Shown: positions 50,401 through 59,600 of the stretch, piece by piece
Numbering within the stretch: position 1 is the first letter of the stretch
Layout: every line of letters starts with the position of its first letter
Origin: Tubulanus polymorphus
Taxonomy: Eukaryota > Animalia > Nemertea
Length of the DNA: 64,000 bases
Direction: 5' to 3'
Assembly: GCF_964204645.1 (NCBI RefSeq)
Contig: NC_134026.1
Location: forward strand, 20,184,150-20,248,149
Position numbers and translations under genes: made by a program
Notes under the pieces: generated by a model
Databases searched by the model: none
Told to the model about the DNA's origin: nothing
Seen by the model: only the letters and a program-made list of their open reading frames with translations

Positions 50401-50818
50401 ATTTTCAAGTTGAATTTGTTGTGGGCCAACTGTAAGGCTACAACGTGCTACTATGTACCACATTGCTAAATGATACCAACCAGGCAATAAGCCAATGACA
50501 AAACCATGAGATGACAGAGAAGGCCTGGACCAAATAAACATGATGATATCAAGGTGTCAGATGGATTCGTTAAGAAGCTCATAATCGTTTTTTGGAACGA
50601 ATAGAGGAACCACCATCGCGGTGCAGCTGAACAATTAATTTCTAACACAACAGCAGAGAACGCATATAGCCTACACTTACCATGATTGCATGTTCATCGA
50701 CGCGCGAGAAGGAATCTGTATGTTCGTACACTTGGTGTTTGAGGAATTTAGGAGGTGTAGGACCCGGCCTCGCCGATGCGTTCACCGGCTGGGGATTGAA
50801 ACTCGCTGGAGCAGCCAT
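16381..50818 (-). CDS. hillarin/KY (kyphoscoliosis peptidase)-family transglutaminase-like protein with two tandem modules, long isoform about 1538 aa
   Basis: Exons 50681-50818, 45042-45127, 42174-42314, 37232-38387, 35552-36475, 21770-21979, 20331-20419, 18975-19115, 16381-18112. All GT-AG, phases match, total 4617 nt. The motifs G(Y/H)AKGxDYxPG, HSWNAV, LVDxHW, HFPE and WQLL each occur twice, each time followed by KY-type Ig-like domains (YGLEIYAN). Confidence 0.85.
18408..18533. repeat. about 125-bp hairpin (MITE-like)
   Basis: GTGAACTGTAGCTTAGCTCATCCAGTATCCC ... GGGATACTGGATGATCTAAGCTATAGTTCAC. Confidence 0.7.
18975..19115 (-). CDS. hillarin-like module 2 exon
   Basis: AIFLWLCTKDL...SPEEILMGLKSGKTTYAQIFEILC; 141 nt, phase 2-2. 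Confidence 0.92.
19518..19908. mobile_element. about 300-bp MITE, family B (TIR TAGCCGCGATCACACG)
   Basis: Homologous copies at 27715-28008, 42419-42719 and 45201-45504 share CAAACCACTCACTCGATACTAAACAATGCTCAAAC. Confidence 0.8.
20331..20419 (-). CDS. hillarin-like module 2 exon
   Basis: VSKLEHKNFNDLVWNLIYKRQIDNELDKAR; paralogous to 45042-45127. Confidence 0.88.
21770..21979 (-). CDS. hillarin-like module 2 first exon (shared phase-0 acceptor)
   Basis: HAAAIELDNKP...QPAPASFQP...FEKVDNHAIE; paralogous to 50681-50818. Confidence 0.88.
23117..23400 (-). mobile_element. 3' fragment of an L2/CR1-group LINE
   Basis: Minus strand encodes GRKSFYYSALTLRNELPHSIRESPSVSAFKFTLKICLF*, resembling the ORF2 C-terminal motif, followed by a TGTAAAGCGC...CGCGCTATATAAA stem and an (ATT)n tail. 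Confidence 0.75.
24293..24316 (-). CDS. candidate alternative first coding exon of the hillarin-like gene (MFACIILT)
   Basis: ATAATG start, 8 codons, CG|GTGAGT donor in phase 0. Confidence 0.35.
25466..25768 (-). CDS. alternative first coding exon of the hillarin-like gene (MGNKC..., acylation motif plus charged tract)
   Basis: 101 codons, GC/CpG-rich like the verified exons, GAG|GTATGG donor in phase 0 compatible with the acceptor at 21979. Confidence 0.7.
26123..26200. repeat. (AT)n microsatellite
   Basis: Pure AT run. Confidence 0.97.
26440..26810. mobile_element. HINE/DINE-like element, second copy
   Basis: Aligns by eye to 10232-10630. Confidence 0.6.
27715..28008. mobile_element. MITE family B copy
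   Basis: Ends CGTGTGATCGCGGCT; shares the internal core with 19518-19908. Confidence 0.75.
28600..28720 (-). mobile_element. degenerate tRNA-derived SINE head
   Basis: Minus strand ...AGTAGTAGAGTAGTCGG...GGTCAGTGGTTCGAGTCCTGGTC contains a pol III B box; no intact cloverleaf. Confidence 0.45.
31672..31716 (-). CDS. candidate alternative first coding exon of the hillarin-like gene (MSSGYIRITSSRSTA)
   Basis: AAAAATG start, 15 codons, GTAAGT donor in phase 0; TATATAA at 31917-31911 upstream of a CpG-rich leader. Confidence 0.5.
32850..33170 (-). mobile_element. tRNA-derived SINE with conserved central domain (Meta/Nin-type) and LINE-like tail
   Basis: A-box-like GGCGAATGG, B-box-like GGTTTGAACCC, core GTGTCCTCGGGCAAGACGCTT...CCCAGGAGTAAAATGGGTACC, tail GCGCTTATACAAAT...ATTA. 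Confidence 0.7.
35552..36475 (-). CDS. hillarin-like linker exon with six about 32-aa Gly/Pro/Tyr/Gln repeats
   Basis: 924 nt, phase 0-0, TTTTAG acceptor, CAG|GTATGT donor; unit ERGPGQQYAGSPGATDEFGRPYAAGAAPYG(S/T)T. Confidence 0.85.
36753..36866. mobile_element. MITE family A copy
   Basis: CTGGACCCAGTTCCACAG ... CTGTGGAACTGGATCCAG. Confidence 0.8.
37232..38387 (-). CDS. hillarin-like module 1 large exon (TGase-like C-half plus 2 Ig-like domains)
   Basis: YAGLQCVTLNGHAKGVDYRPG...HSWNAVHIEGSWQLVDAHW...; 1156 nt, phase 2-0. Confidence 0.93.
40889..41062. mobile_element. Tc1/mariner-like MITE
   Basis: TIR CAGCAGAACTCGCTTAATTCGGA / TCCGAATTAAGCGAGTTCTACCG; relative at about 55555-55714. Confidence 0.6.
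41143..41199 (+). mobile_element. PLE pseudo-LTR remnant with degenerate hammerhead core
   Basis: CCAC-CTGAGGA-T-GGCTAT..ACAGCC-GAAG-CGTT-GTGG followed by AATAAA. Confidence 0.5.
41869..42105. repeat. degenerate about 65-bp minisatellite (about 3.5 units)
   Basis: GCCTTTGTAGCAAATG(C/T)TATTCT occurs three times, with AAGYCCRTCTTNRATATGGT. Confidence 0.8.
42174..42314 (-). CDS. hillarin-like module 1 exon
   Basis: IIFRWMTSKNM...SPEEVLTAFRRRKGTFAKIFELMC; 141 nt, phase 2-2. Confidence 0.92.
42419..42719. mobile_element. MITE family B copy (inverted relative to 19518)
   Basis: TAGTCACGATCACGCG ... GATCGCGCCTA with the shared core. Confidence 0.75.
43805..43915. mobile_element. short palindromic MITE (GGCCCAGTTT...AAACCAGCCCCTG)
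   Basis: AGACTGGTATTACCTTTAACC / GGTTAAAGGTAATACCAGTCT; relatives at about 62150-62313 and 62517-62807. Confidence 0.65.
45042..45127 (-). CDS. hillarin-like module 1 exon
   Basis: VARYPHRSFRDLMWDLVHCTNFTEIEKVR; phase 0-2. Confidence 0.88.
45201..45504. mobile_element. MITE family B copy
   Basis: Shared core GTTTGAGCATTGTTTAGTATC; ends TGATCACGGCTA. Confidence 0.75.
47384..47455. repeat. imperfect (AT)n microsatellite
   Basis: AT run with a few AC interruptions. Confidence 0.95.
50681..50818 (-). CDS. hillarin-like first coding exon (long isoform)
   Basis: MAAPASFNPQP...FSRVDEHAIM; exon starts at 50843, in-frame TAA upstream of the ATG, GTAAGT donor. Confidence 0.88.
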
Positions 50819-51792
50819 CTTGTTTTATCTTTCTTTAACAATCCTACAAATCGAATTTAAAAAAACATCATTGAATTTTCTACCAGGCTGCAAGAACTTA
50901 AGCGTAAGAACTTAAGTAGAACCTGTATCCAGACTCACTGGAAGAGTCACACCGTAACTGTTAGGGCCTTATTCAGAAATTTACTTTTGCCCAAGCCTAT
51001 TACAACAAGCCATTCTTCCCAAGACACAACTGGAGATTAGTTCCAGTTGTGTCTCAAATTAACATGACTAGCCCATTTCATACATATATAGCCTACTCTC
51101 TCATACCAGCGTGACTAATCTAAATTCAGAAATTTATAGGCCTATCTCAACTGTCAAACCTGGAGCAGAGGGCTTACCCATTGTCTGGTTTTCAGACAAA
51201 ATCAAGCTATTTTTTAGGATGTAGTACCGGTACGCTATCGAGGTCTGTCTCAGCATTTAAGTGGACAAACTATGTCAAGCCCACTTTTAACGTCAGCTTA
51301 TAAACTAATTAGTTGATTTATAGGGCAACTTCATCATTCCAATATAAACACTTGTTTGAACCAATATATTGCAATAATAGCAACCAACAAACAAGCTCCA
51401 AACACTACCACTCTTCATCTATTTTCAAAGTGACAAATGACATATGATGTTCACAAAATTAATCATGACAAAAAGTAGGCCTATAAACTATGCATTGACA
51501 ACCTAAGTGCTAGAATCTAATTAGAGATTCAATTGTCTTGTCAATGTGACAGATACTCTTATTGTTATCAAGAAGATACCGGTATCAACAACAACAGGGC
51601 GGGCCCGGCGGGGATTCCCAACAATGGCGTACTCGGCGTCTACGCGGTCTGCGAATAATTTGATGTCTAACCGATTCGAATCATCGATAAAACGTTGAAA
51701 ATTCTCAGTAGATTAAACGCACGCGGATAGAAAAGAAGCTTTTCGGTCCGACGGTATAAGAAATTACGAAAATCAAAGCTCGATATACTGAC

Positions 51793-52199
51793 CTTATGCA
51801 TGTATTTTACTGCGGAAGATCCGATCAACTCTTTCTCTCGTCAAATAGCTCGCACCGACTCGTCGCGTTACTATGACGTCACTAGACGCTCGAATCCTAC
51901 GCGCGGGGAGAATCTTCAGCGAAACGCCGAAAACTTTAAACAACCGAAAATAAACTGCTAATGTCAGTTCAAATGCATCCAAAATTTAGATCATGATATA
52001 TTAGAATGATCGAAATCAATTGATGAAACTGTTTGTGTAGTTTCTTCGCTGGATCTGCTTTTAACATTTGCTTTGAAGCAATAAATTCTTAATTGAAAAA
52101 GGTATCCCGTTGACCTACATTCTCTCATGGCATTTCCGGGTTTTCTAAGGGTTTCCCCACTGTTGACGTTTCTACCTTTCTGGTGTCGGACGTCGTTTG
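51793..52199. promoter_or_regulatory. putative bidirectional promoter between hillarin-like and TMEM129, including a candidate non-coding first exon (donor AAG|GTCAGT at 51792)
   Basis: Head-to-head genes, CpG-rich stretch, perfect CRE TGACGTCA at 51874-51881, ETS-like TTTCCGG near 52133. Confidence 0.5.
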
Positions 52200-52467
52200 A
52201 TGGATTTCGATGAGTTTGAGAGTGAAGATATCGGGCTGTTAGAAGAAAACACAGTGCCCTATATGGCGACAGTAGAAGTGATCTACACGCTGGGCTATAT
52301 TCTGTTCAGTTGGTGCCTGGTTGCACCGCCGACCGAGTTCGTTTCAGCCGGATTTACGATTCAAAACGTTCTGGCAAATTATCTGGGAAGCGAAGATCTG
52401 AATTTTATTTACTACCATATCAAGAGGACAACCGCAACGGCCCTCGTCCATTCAGTTATTCCACTTG
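52200..52467 (+). CDS. TMEM129: TMEM129 exon 1
   Basis: ATG at 52200 (alternative ATG at 52263); donor G|GTACGA. Confidence 0.9.
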
Positions 52468-55105
52468 GTACGAATTAATGAATTAAATTTTTCCTCAAAT
52501 TCCCCTAAAACTGGTACATTCCATTCCTCTTCTGTACTTTAAATTACTTGTCAATGGAAAAACAAGCCTAGTTGAACTTTTTGTGGTACAGGTCTTGACA
52601 CCCCTTAAATGCAAGTCAGCCTAAAGAAATCCAACCTACAATGAAATCTCCTGGATGCCTTAGGCCTACTCGAATGTCCTGGCTTGTACATTCCAGATTT
52701 TAGGCTATTAACTTCTATGTGATAAGCCCTTCTACATTTACTGGATCCACCATTATATCCTCTCTGATGAAAATTAAAATTTTTTGCAAGATGACAAATT
52801 GCTAAATATTGAAGTGACATGTTTTGATAGGCTAATTTCTTTAAATCTTAAATCGAAATAGGCCTAGGCCTGTTTCTTTTTAGGGTTTGAAGTAGAACCC
52901 CGCTTACTCCGGATGAAGACCAACAAAATTCATCTGGTTAATGAGAAATCTGAATGAAACATATTTTACATAGGCCTACAGGTATTATTGGTGGAGATCC
53001 TGGATCCAGTTCCAGAGTTAAGATTTGACTCTATAGAGTTAAAACATCGAAAATTAACTAATTTTAACTCTTTGAGTTAACTCTAATTCACAACGGTGGA
53101 ACTGGATCCTGATTATCAAAATCTGGATTAAACTGATACGGATTAAGCAGGCGGATTAAGCACACACTTGACTTTTCTATAACGATGAAACATAGTTTTT
53201 TTCGAATTTTCCAGGATATTATTTCGGTCTCGGTATCTGCTGTCCACATCTTCACTTATTGTACGTTTGGAAAGCGACATTATTTTGGAAACTCTATCTC
53301 ATCACGGCCCTGATCATCATATTCGCAGCGGCCTATCTCGCTTACCAATGGTCGAGGGACAACTGGAACGAACATCCGATCGCCAAAACTCTCGCTGTTC
53401 ACACGAACTCATCGAACGCAAGCCTTAACAGCACATCGTGGCGCGACGTCGCTTCGAGTATAAACGTTGAATTTCGTCGCGTCGACAAATTCACGACCGG
53501 TCCGATCGGACGGCGTATGATCGTCACCGATTCGTGGATCGTGAAAACAACGACGTATTTCGTACACGTCGCTCACCAGACGGATATTCACTTGACGCTG
53601 AGTCATTCCGAGGAGCACGCGATTACGCACGACGGCAATCCCGGCTCGCAGTATTTACAGATCAGCGTCGTCAGTGCCAACGACAAGGTCGAACCCTTCC
53701 AGATCAGGTGCGAAAATGAATCGAATTCTTAAAATACATTCGCAATCACAGGGATTCATCTTCGTGGTTGGTTCCCACAGAACAGGGAAAAAATATTTGG
53801 GAATTTGAGAAATTTTCCTCTAGTCAGGGAAATATTTTGGAAATTCATTTACATTTCACATATTTCATTTGCCAATGGCAACTTACTTCGTCAATTTCCC
53901 TTGAAAATCACCGTGTTAGATTACATTAGTTTTCAAAATGAATTTTATTGTCACTGTGATTTTATTTTGGCTATATCTCGTTGTTGGCAATGAATGCGTA
54001 AACTTTTTTTGATTTATGGAAATAAGAGAATCTTCAGCGATGTATGATTAATATGCACAGTTGGTGTTGCTAAAACTATGAACCTCTAAGATCCTCTTTG
54101 ATTTATTGATACTAATAATAGTGGACCCGTGTCAAAGACAAACTTCAGGGCACCAGAAAATCTGTTCGATAACCGATAGTTTTTAAATTGGCATATATGG
54201 ATCAAATTCTAGGTTCGTAAAACAGTATCAAATAAATCATAATATCCAAGGTCGTTGAGGTTCTATTGTTATTAACCTACTGGATAAGACCATGTGCCTA
54301 AGGTTTGCAAATATTTCGGCCCTTTCCCACATATATAGGATATATAGGATAGGACGTATAATGGACGATTCTCCTGGTTCAGGTTGTTATTGGTTGAATA
54401 TGAAAAGAAGGATGACCTTGAATTTATTGAACTGGGGTGGAACGCTTTTGTTCATAATCTCAATTTTCCCATTTTTCAGACTGAATTCATTAGAGTACAG
54501 CGATCTTCTGAATAAACTTAAACAGCCTATACGTAACGTGAGAAATATTGTCGTACAGCAGTCGCTGAGCGAACGATTTGTGGCAGCATTTAAGGATCAA
54601 GTGGAAGCCAATAGTCGCTTCGTAAAACCAGCTAGCATGGTGAGTACTGAAGGATCAATTCATGCATGTGAATACAGAAACACTAAGCTTATCTCTGCCC
54701 AAGGGCAACTTCCTCCATTAAAATTTAGAAGTCCTGAAATTCGCGAAGTATTTCATGGATGATTATTCAATTTTTCCAAATGAAAGTTTACAGAGATTCT
54801 GCTGCCGTACCAGTTAACATTACATACCATCCTCAGTACGTCATTTTTGTTTCTAGGAAGTTGAAACTTGTATCGGCTGCATGCAAAAAGAATCCGATGT
54901 CAAACTGAACAAAGTCTGTCACGATTTAAACGAAGGCGACTGCGTTCAGTGTTACTGTCGCCCGATGTGGTGTTTAGAGTGTATGGGTAAATGGTTCGCC
55001 AGCCGTCAAAATCAACAGGAACCAGACACGTGGATGTCCTGTAAAGCTCCTTGTCCGACGTGCCGCTCAAAATTTTGTATGCTAGACATTTGTAAAATCA
55101 TTTGA
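52200..55105 (+). CDS. TMEM129: E3 ubiquitin-protein ligase TM129, 4 exons
   Basis: Exons 52200-52467, 53215-53707, 54480-54639, 54857-55105 (1170 nt). Motifs PPTEFVSAGFTIQN..LGSED, SINVEFRRVDKF, IVTDSWIVK, and the C4C4 RING CIGC...CYCRPMWCLECMGKWFASRQ...CPTCRSKFC. Confidence 0.96.
53000..53111. mobile_element. MITE family A copy
   Basis: CTGGATCCAGTTCC ... GGAACTGGATCCTG. Confidence 0.75.
53215..53707 (+). CDS. TMEM129: TMEM129 exon 2
   Basis: GYYFGLG...EHPIAKTL...PFQIR. Confidence 0.93.
54480..54639 (+). CDS. TMEM129: TMEM129 exon 3
   Basis: LNSLEYSDLLNKLKQPIRNVRNIVVQQSLSERF. Confidence 0.93.
54857..55105 (+). CDS. TMEM129: TMEM129 exon 4 (RING)
   Basis: EVETCIGCMQ...CMLDICKII*. Confidence 0.95.
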   Translation, partial: EVETCIGCMQKESDVKLNKVCHDLNEGDCVQCYCRPMWCLECMGKWFASRQNQQEPDTWMSCKAPCPTCRSKFCMLDICKII

Positions 55106-56460
55106 TACAAGTTCTACTCTACGCTCAATACTTTTTCCCTATTTTACACACAGACTTACTATGAGGAGTTCACAAAATATTTTATCCAACTTTGATTTCC
55201 AAATAATCAAAGATCATCAATGACATATTATGTGCGAACATTCTCTTTAACTTTTTGTTTGATTTTTGGCATCAAGTGTCATCGACTACTTAGGCTAAAA
55301 TAAAATGTTTCCTAGTTTCTCCTGATTGCCTGGGTCATTTTGTGAACTGCAATAAAATTTCAGTTCATTTCTTTAACTGCTGGGTCAATTATGGTTAGCT
55401 TGATCATTAGTTTTTTTAAAGTAATATCCAGGGTTGACATTAAGCTGAGCTGAAATGAGGAACAAGGTATCAATTTCTTTTAGCCTTATCAGTTCCAAAT
55501 TGTACTCGGATTCCCAGTTGGAACGTAGAGCATAAACATGTGATATTCTAAAAATACAGTAGAGAACTCACTTAATTTGGATGACTAAGGACTGCACAGA
55601 CTTCGAAAATACGAATTATGTATAATAGTTTACGTTTCCAGGTCATATGGCCAAATATTTCCTCTGAAATAAGTGAAGATCCAGATTAAAAAATCAAAAT
55701 TAGGTGAGTTCTGTACATTCACTCCCGCAGAAAAACTAATGTATACTGATAAAATATATTTTCCTTTTAAAATAAAATTTCATTTATTTCAAGGAAATGG
55801 TCGTACCACTCTATGTTTTAGATCACGAGATATTGTTTTAATTTAACTACGCATAATAATGAGTCTGTAAATCTACGTAAATTGATATATTTTGATCGTT
55901 TTCACAGTTGCTGGCAGTGTTATTCGTAATACGCGCGCTTGAAGAAGAGTTCGTTTATATCCTCAACAAATTATTAAATGCTGTATATATACCGGGGCAG
56001 TACTACGTCAACTCGATCTGCCACCTAACGATATCTCGAGACGTAGCCGAATCTCAATGATGGAGAGTTTATCGAGGCGGAAGTTGGTAACACGTCAACT
56101 GCCAACAGGATACCATTGCCACCACGTTGAGATCTTGTCATTCGTTGCTTCGCCAATAGCAACAGCGTAGCAGAGTTTATGCAGGAAAACGATGGCGATA
56201 TTCATTACCATTGGGTTATCCGAGGTCTGCCACCCCGAAAGAGCTCGTTTACGATTCCCATTATTTTGCCGCTTACGCAACAGGAGTCGTACAGTTCATT
56301 ATCGACTGAAAGCAGTAACGAAGTCACGATTCATTCCCTGCCCTCAATACTGAGCTACGGTTGTGTTTACTATCGGCTGTGGCGATCTGGAAGAACGTTG
56401 AAGTAGAATAATAACCTCGACAGCAGACGTGTTTCATTACGTGTGTATTGTATCGTGTAT

Positions 56461-56643
56461 TTAACGATTGCGCCCGCGACCCCGTCCACGGCCTCTACCC
56501 CGTCCACGGCCCCGCGACGACGACGGTTTACTGTTCGGTCGTCGGGTCCTCGCGTGGTGCAGCTCGACTAACGGTTTGAATATTTCGTCGCAGTAGACGC
56601 AGCCGGTGTGCTGGGTCTCGTCATTCGGCAGTGGAGTCTTGAA
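56461..56643 (-). CDS. TOP3B: TOP3B last exon
   Basis: [19 protein letters not shown]...[17 protein letters not shown]. Confidence 0.9.
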   Translation of the reverse strand, partial: FKTPLPNDETQHTGCVYCDEIFKPLVELHHARTRRPNSKPSSSRGRGRGRGRGRGRGRNR

Positions 56644-59600
56644 CTATAAAGAGACATCGATCGATGATATGATTTGAGCTTTCAAAACATCAGTACATTA
56701 CATTACTCTTACTGTAGGTTATCTTCTAAGAAATGTTTCCAAAGAATGTTGGCAAGAAAAATCTATTTACAAAATTAACCATTACATCAATGTGCGCACA
56801 GTTAACTCCTCGTAATCGTAATTGTTTCAAATCACATGTCACTTAATTCAAACACAAATATTAGAACAGTCACAATAGAGTATATCACCAGTTGTCCAGT
56901 GTCTTATATTACAATATTTTGTATTTACTGATGCTACTTCGTATTCTAATCTAATTCGTTACAAAAACCTAATTATCATTAATATATATACAGAATTTCC
57001 ATTTTCTAATTCAAATTATTAGTATATCTGTATGATTTGAGTTTGGAGGAGTCTACACTTGTGTATGCTTGCACTACTTATTGATTCGGCCGAATACAAC
57101 GTACTTTATACCAAGCGCTACTACATACGGACTGAAATTCGTAAACCTACCTTATTAAAATCGACGCTGAGTAGATTAGCGTCGCATTGCGTGCAGCTTT
57201 CAGGCGAAACAATTACTCTGTGCGCATTCTCAAACATATTGATTACAATATTGCACCTGAAAAGAGACATCAGGCTTATTGATAACTATAATCAATAATT
57301 TTCTAATTTCTAAAATCTCGGTCACTATTTTGTATTAATTACTACGTATACTAAATCTTTATTCACGACTTTCTTACAATAAATGCTGAATTAAATTAAT
57401 TTATAACAGATACGAAAGATATATCTTAGTATCGACAATCATCAAGTTAACAAGAAAAAGGAATCAGTTCCCTGTGGGGGATGGTAACAGGATTTAACTA
57501 CAGGGTTCAAACCATTATAACTTAAGTAAGTTTAAACAAAATAACTATTTTTACTAAATTAGAAGCGGTAAACATCTAAGTTATCGAAAAAAATTTCAAC
57601 AGCTGAAAAATCACATTTCTTGTCATATGAGGTCCTAAAATGATCCACCGGTAAACATAAGAAATGAAACCACACGTACTTATTACAGGCAATCTTCCAT
57701 TTCGGGGCAGACGTAGGATCTAATACCAGAACACCATTCTCGCATTCAACGCAGCTCGACACACCAAGATTTATAAGACTGTGCTGACAGGTCGGATGTG
57801 TACATTCATTGCATCCCATTGCTTTTCTCATGTCCGGGAACGGAGCGTTGTTGTAGCAATACGGACACAACGGATAACACTGAAAATAAAGGATATCGAA
57901 AAAAATTCCATTATCATAATTATTTTATCATGGCCAACCTCCAAGCGACTCCATGGCAGGCAGAGTCGACTGTATTTCAAAGACTAGAGACGGATACCTT
58001 TCCTTTAGCACCCGTTGTCCAAAGTACCAATTCGAAGTCATCTAAAGGACATTTCAGTTCTTTGTAGAGTTTAATCGTTCCGTTCTGCGGTAGGCTGTAC
58101 GTTTCATCACAGCATGAACAGTGCAAGCGACTGGGTTTGGCCGATATCAATTTCATAAACCGCCGACATTTACCACATCTGCAGAAATGAGACAAGACAG
58201 TGCTACAGGCATTTCATTCACATGTAGGCAGGGTCCCTTCTAAACACAAGATGCTTTTTTAAATGAAGGTGCTTGAAACTCCTTTAATTCAAGCACAATT
58301 TCAGAAACTCCTTTAAAACTCCATCAATTTTGAGAAATAGGCAGTTAGATACTTTTTAGAAGTTGTACATTAGACTATGCCTAAATCAATACAGTGGGAA
58401 CCAGGGTCTTTTGTTTCCCTAGGTGGTTACGGAACTAGAAACTGGGGTGAGGTAATGTAAAGGATAAAAGATTTGCTTATAAAACCACCTAATTAACAGT
58501 TTACAGAGATAAAGAGTACCGATTTAGGAGGGGTCTACCCTAATTGAGTAACAAATTGATGCAGGCGCTTCTTTGAAATTTTCTTCTTTAAAACTCCTTA
58601 TATCCAGGAATGACTGATCTGGAAGGGACCCTGGTAGGTATGCTAAAACCTCATTCCAGAATTGCAAGACTTTTTGAGGAGTATTCAAGAAGAGAATATG
58701 AAAATACGAGGTATCCAATGATAATATCAAGAATTCTATCATCTGAAGTTGAGCGAGGGTAGGAGGCTAGGAACTATAGGATTTTTAGAGTTATTTCTCA
58801 AAATTCAAGGTCCTTGAAAATTTAAAATCATTCTTCAACATTGAGTTTTCAATGATTCAAGAAGTAGTATGATGAAACAATACTGTGAATTAATCGATGC
58901 GCATTTGTTATATACTGGTAGGCATTGGAAAAATATCCCTCCACCAAAAAAGATGGCTGCTCCCCAAAATGGTACAATGATATCCATTACTATGCTGACC
59001 ATAATGCTACGTATATGCATTGAGCCTATAGTTATCTAGAGATGATATTCACCTAGATAAAGGTTTCCCCGTTTCGGCCAACGGAGAAAAAGACACTTCG
59101 AAAAGCTCGTCCATTCCGAATATGTTCTCGACGAAATACTTGAATTTCCGATGAAATATGTCGAGATCGTGTTGCAACACGGCGTTGAAGTTCGCTTTGC
59201 CCAACGCGATTAAATTCAGTTGTTGTTCGACCGCCGATCGCATAGTCGACAAAACCAGGTCGGGATCAGTCTAAAAATCAAGTATAAGTTAAATGACGAC
59301 TTGAAATTAACAAGGGCGGAGTTAGGGTTGTGGATTGGGTGAAATGGTCAAACCCCTTCAAATTTCGAATATGTCCTCCAAAAATTTTGAAAAAATTTTT
59401 TGCAAAGATTACAAAAAGACGAAAAATGAATTCAAATGGGCCCTAATAAAGGCCAGAAAAGCCTGTTTGTCCCAAGTTTTCTGTGGGAGGGCCATCAGAG
59501 AACCCCATGTTCCTAATGTAGCACTCGCATTGCGTAATCTGTCCTTTTCAAATAAAGTGCCCATTCCAATTGTGGTCCGTCGTTCCTTTCAAAGAATTCT

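Noticed and set aside
55990-56410. CpG-rich stretch with short ORFs between TMEM129 and TOP3B
   Set aside because: No recognisable protein or coherent splice pattern; most simply the TOP3B 3' UTR.
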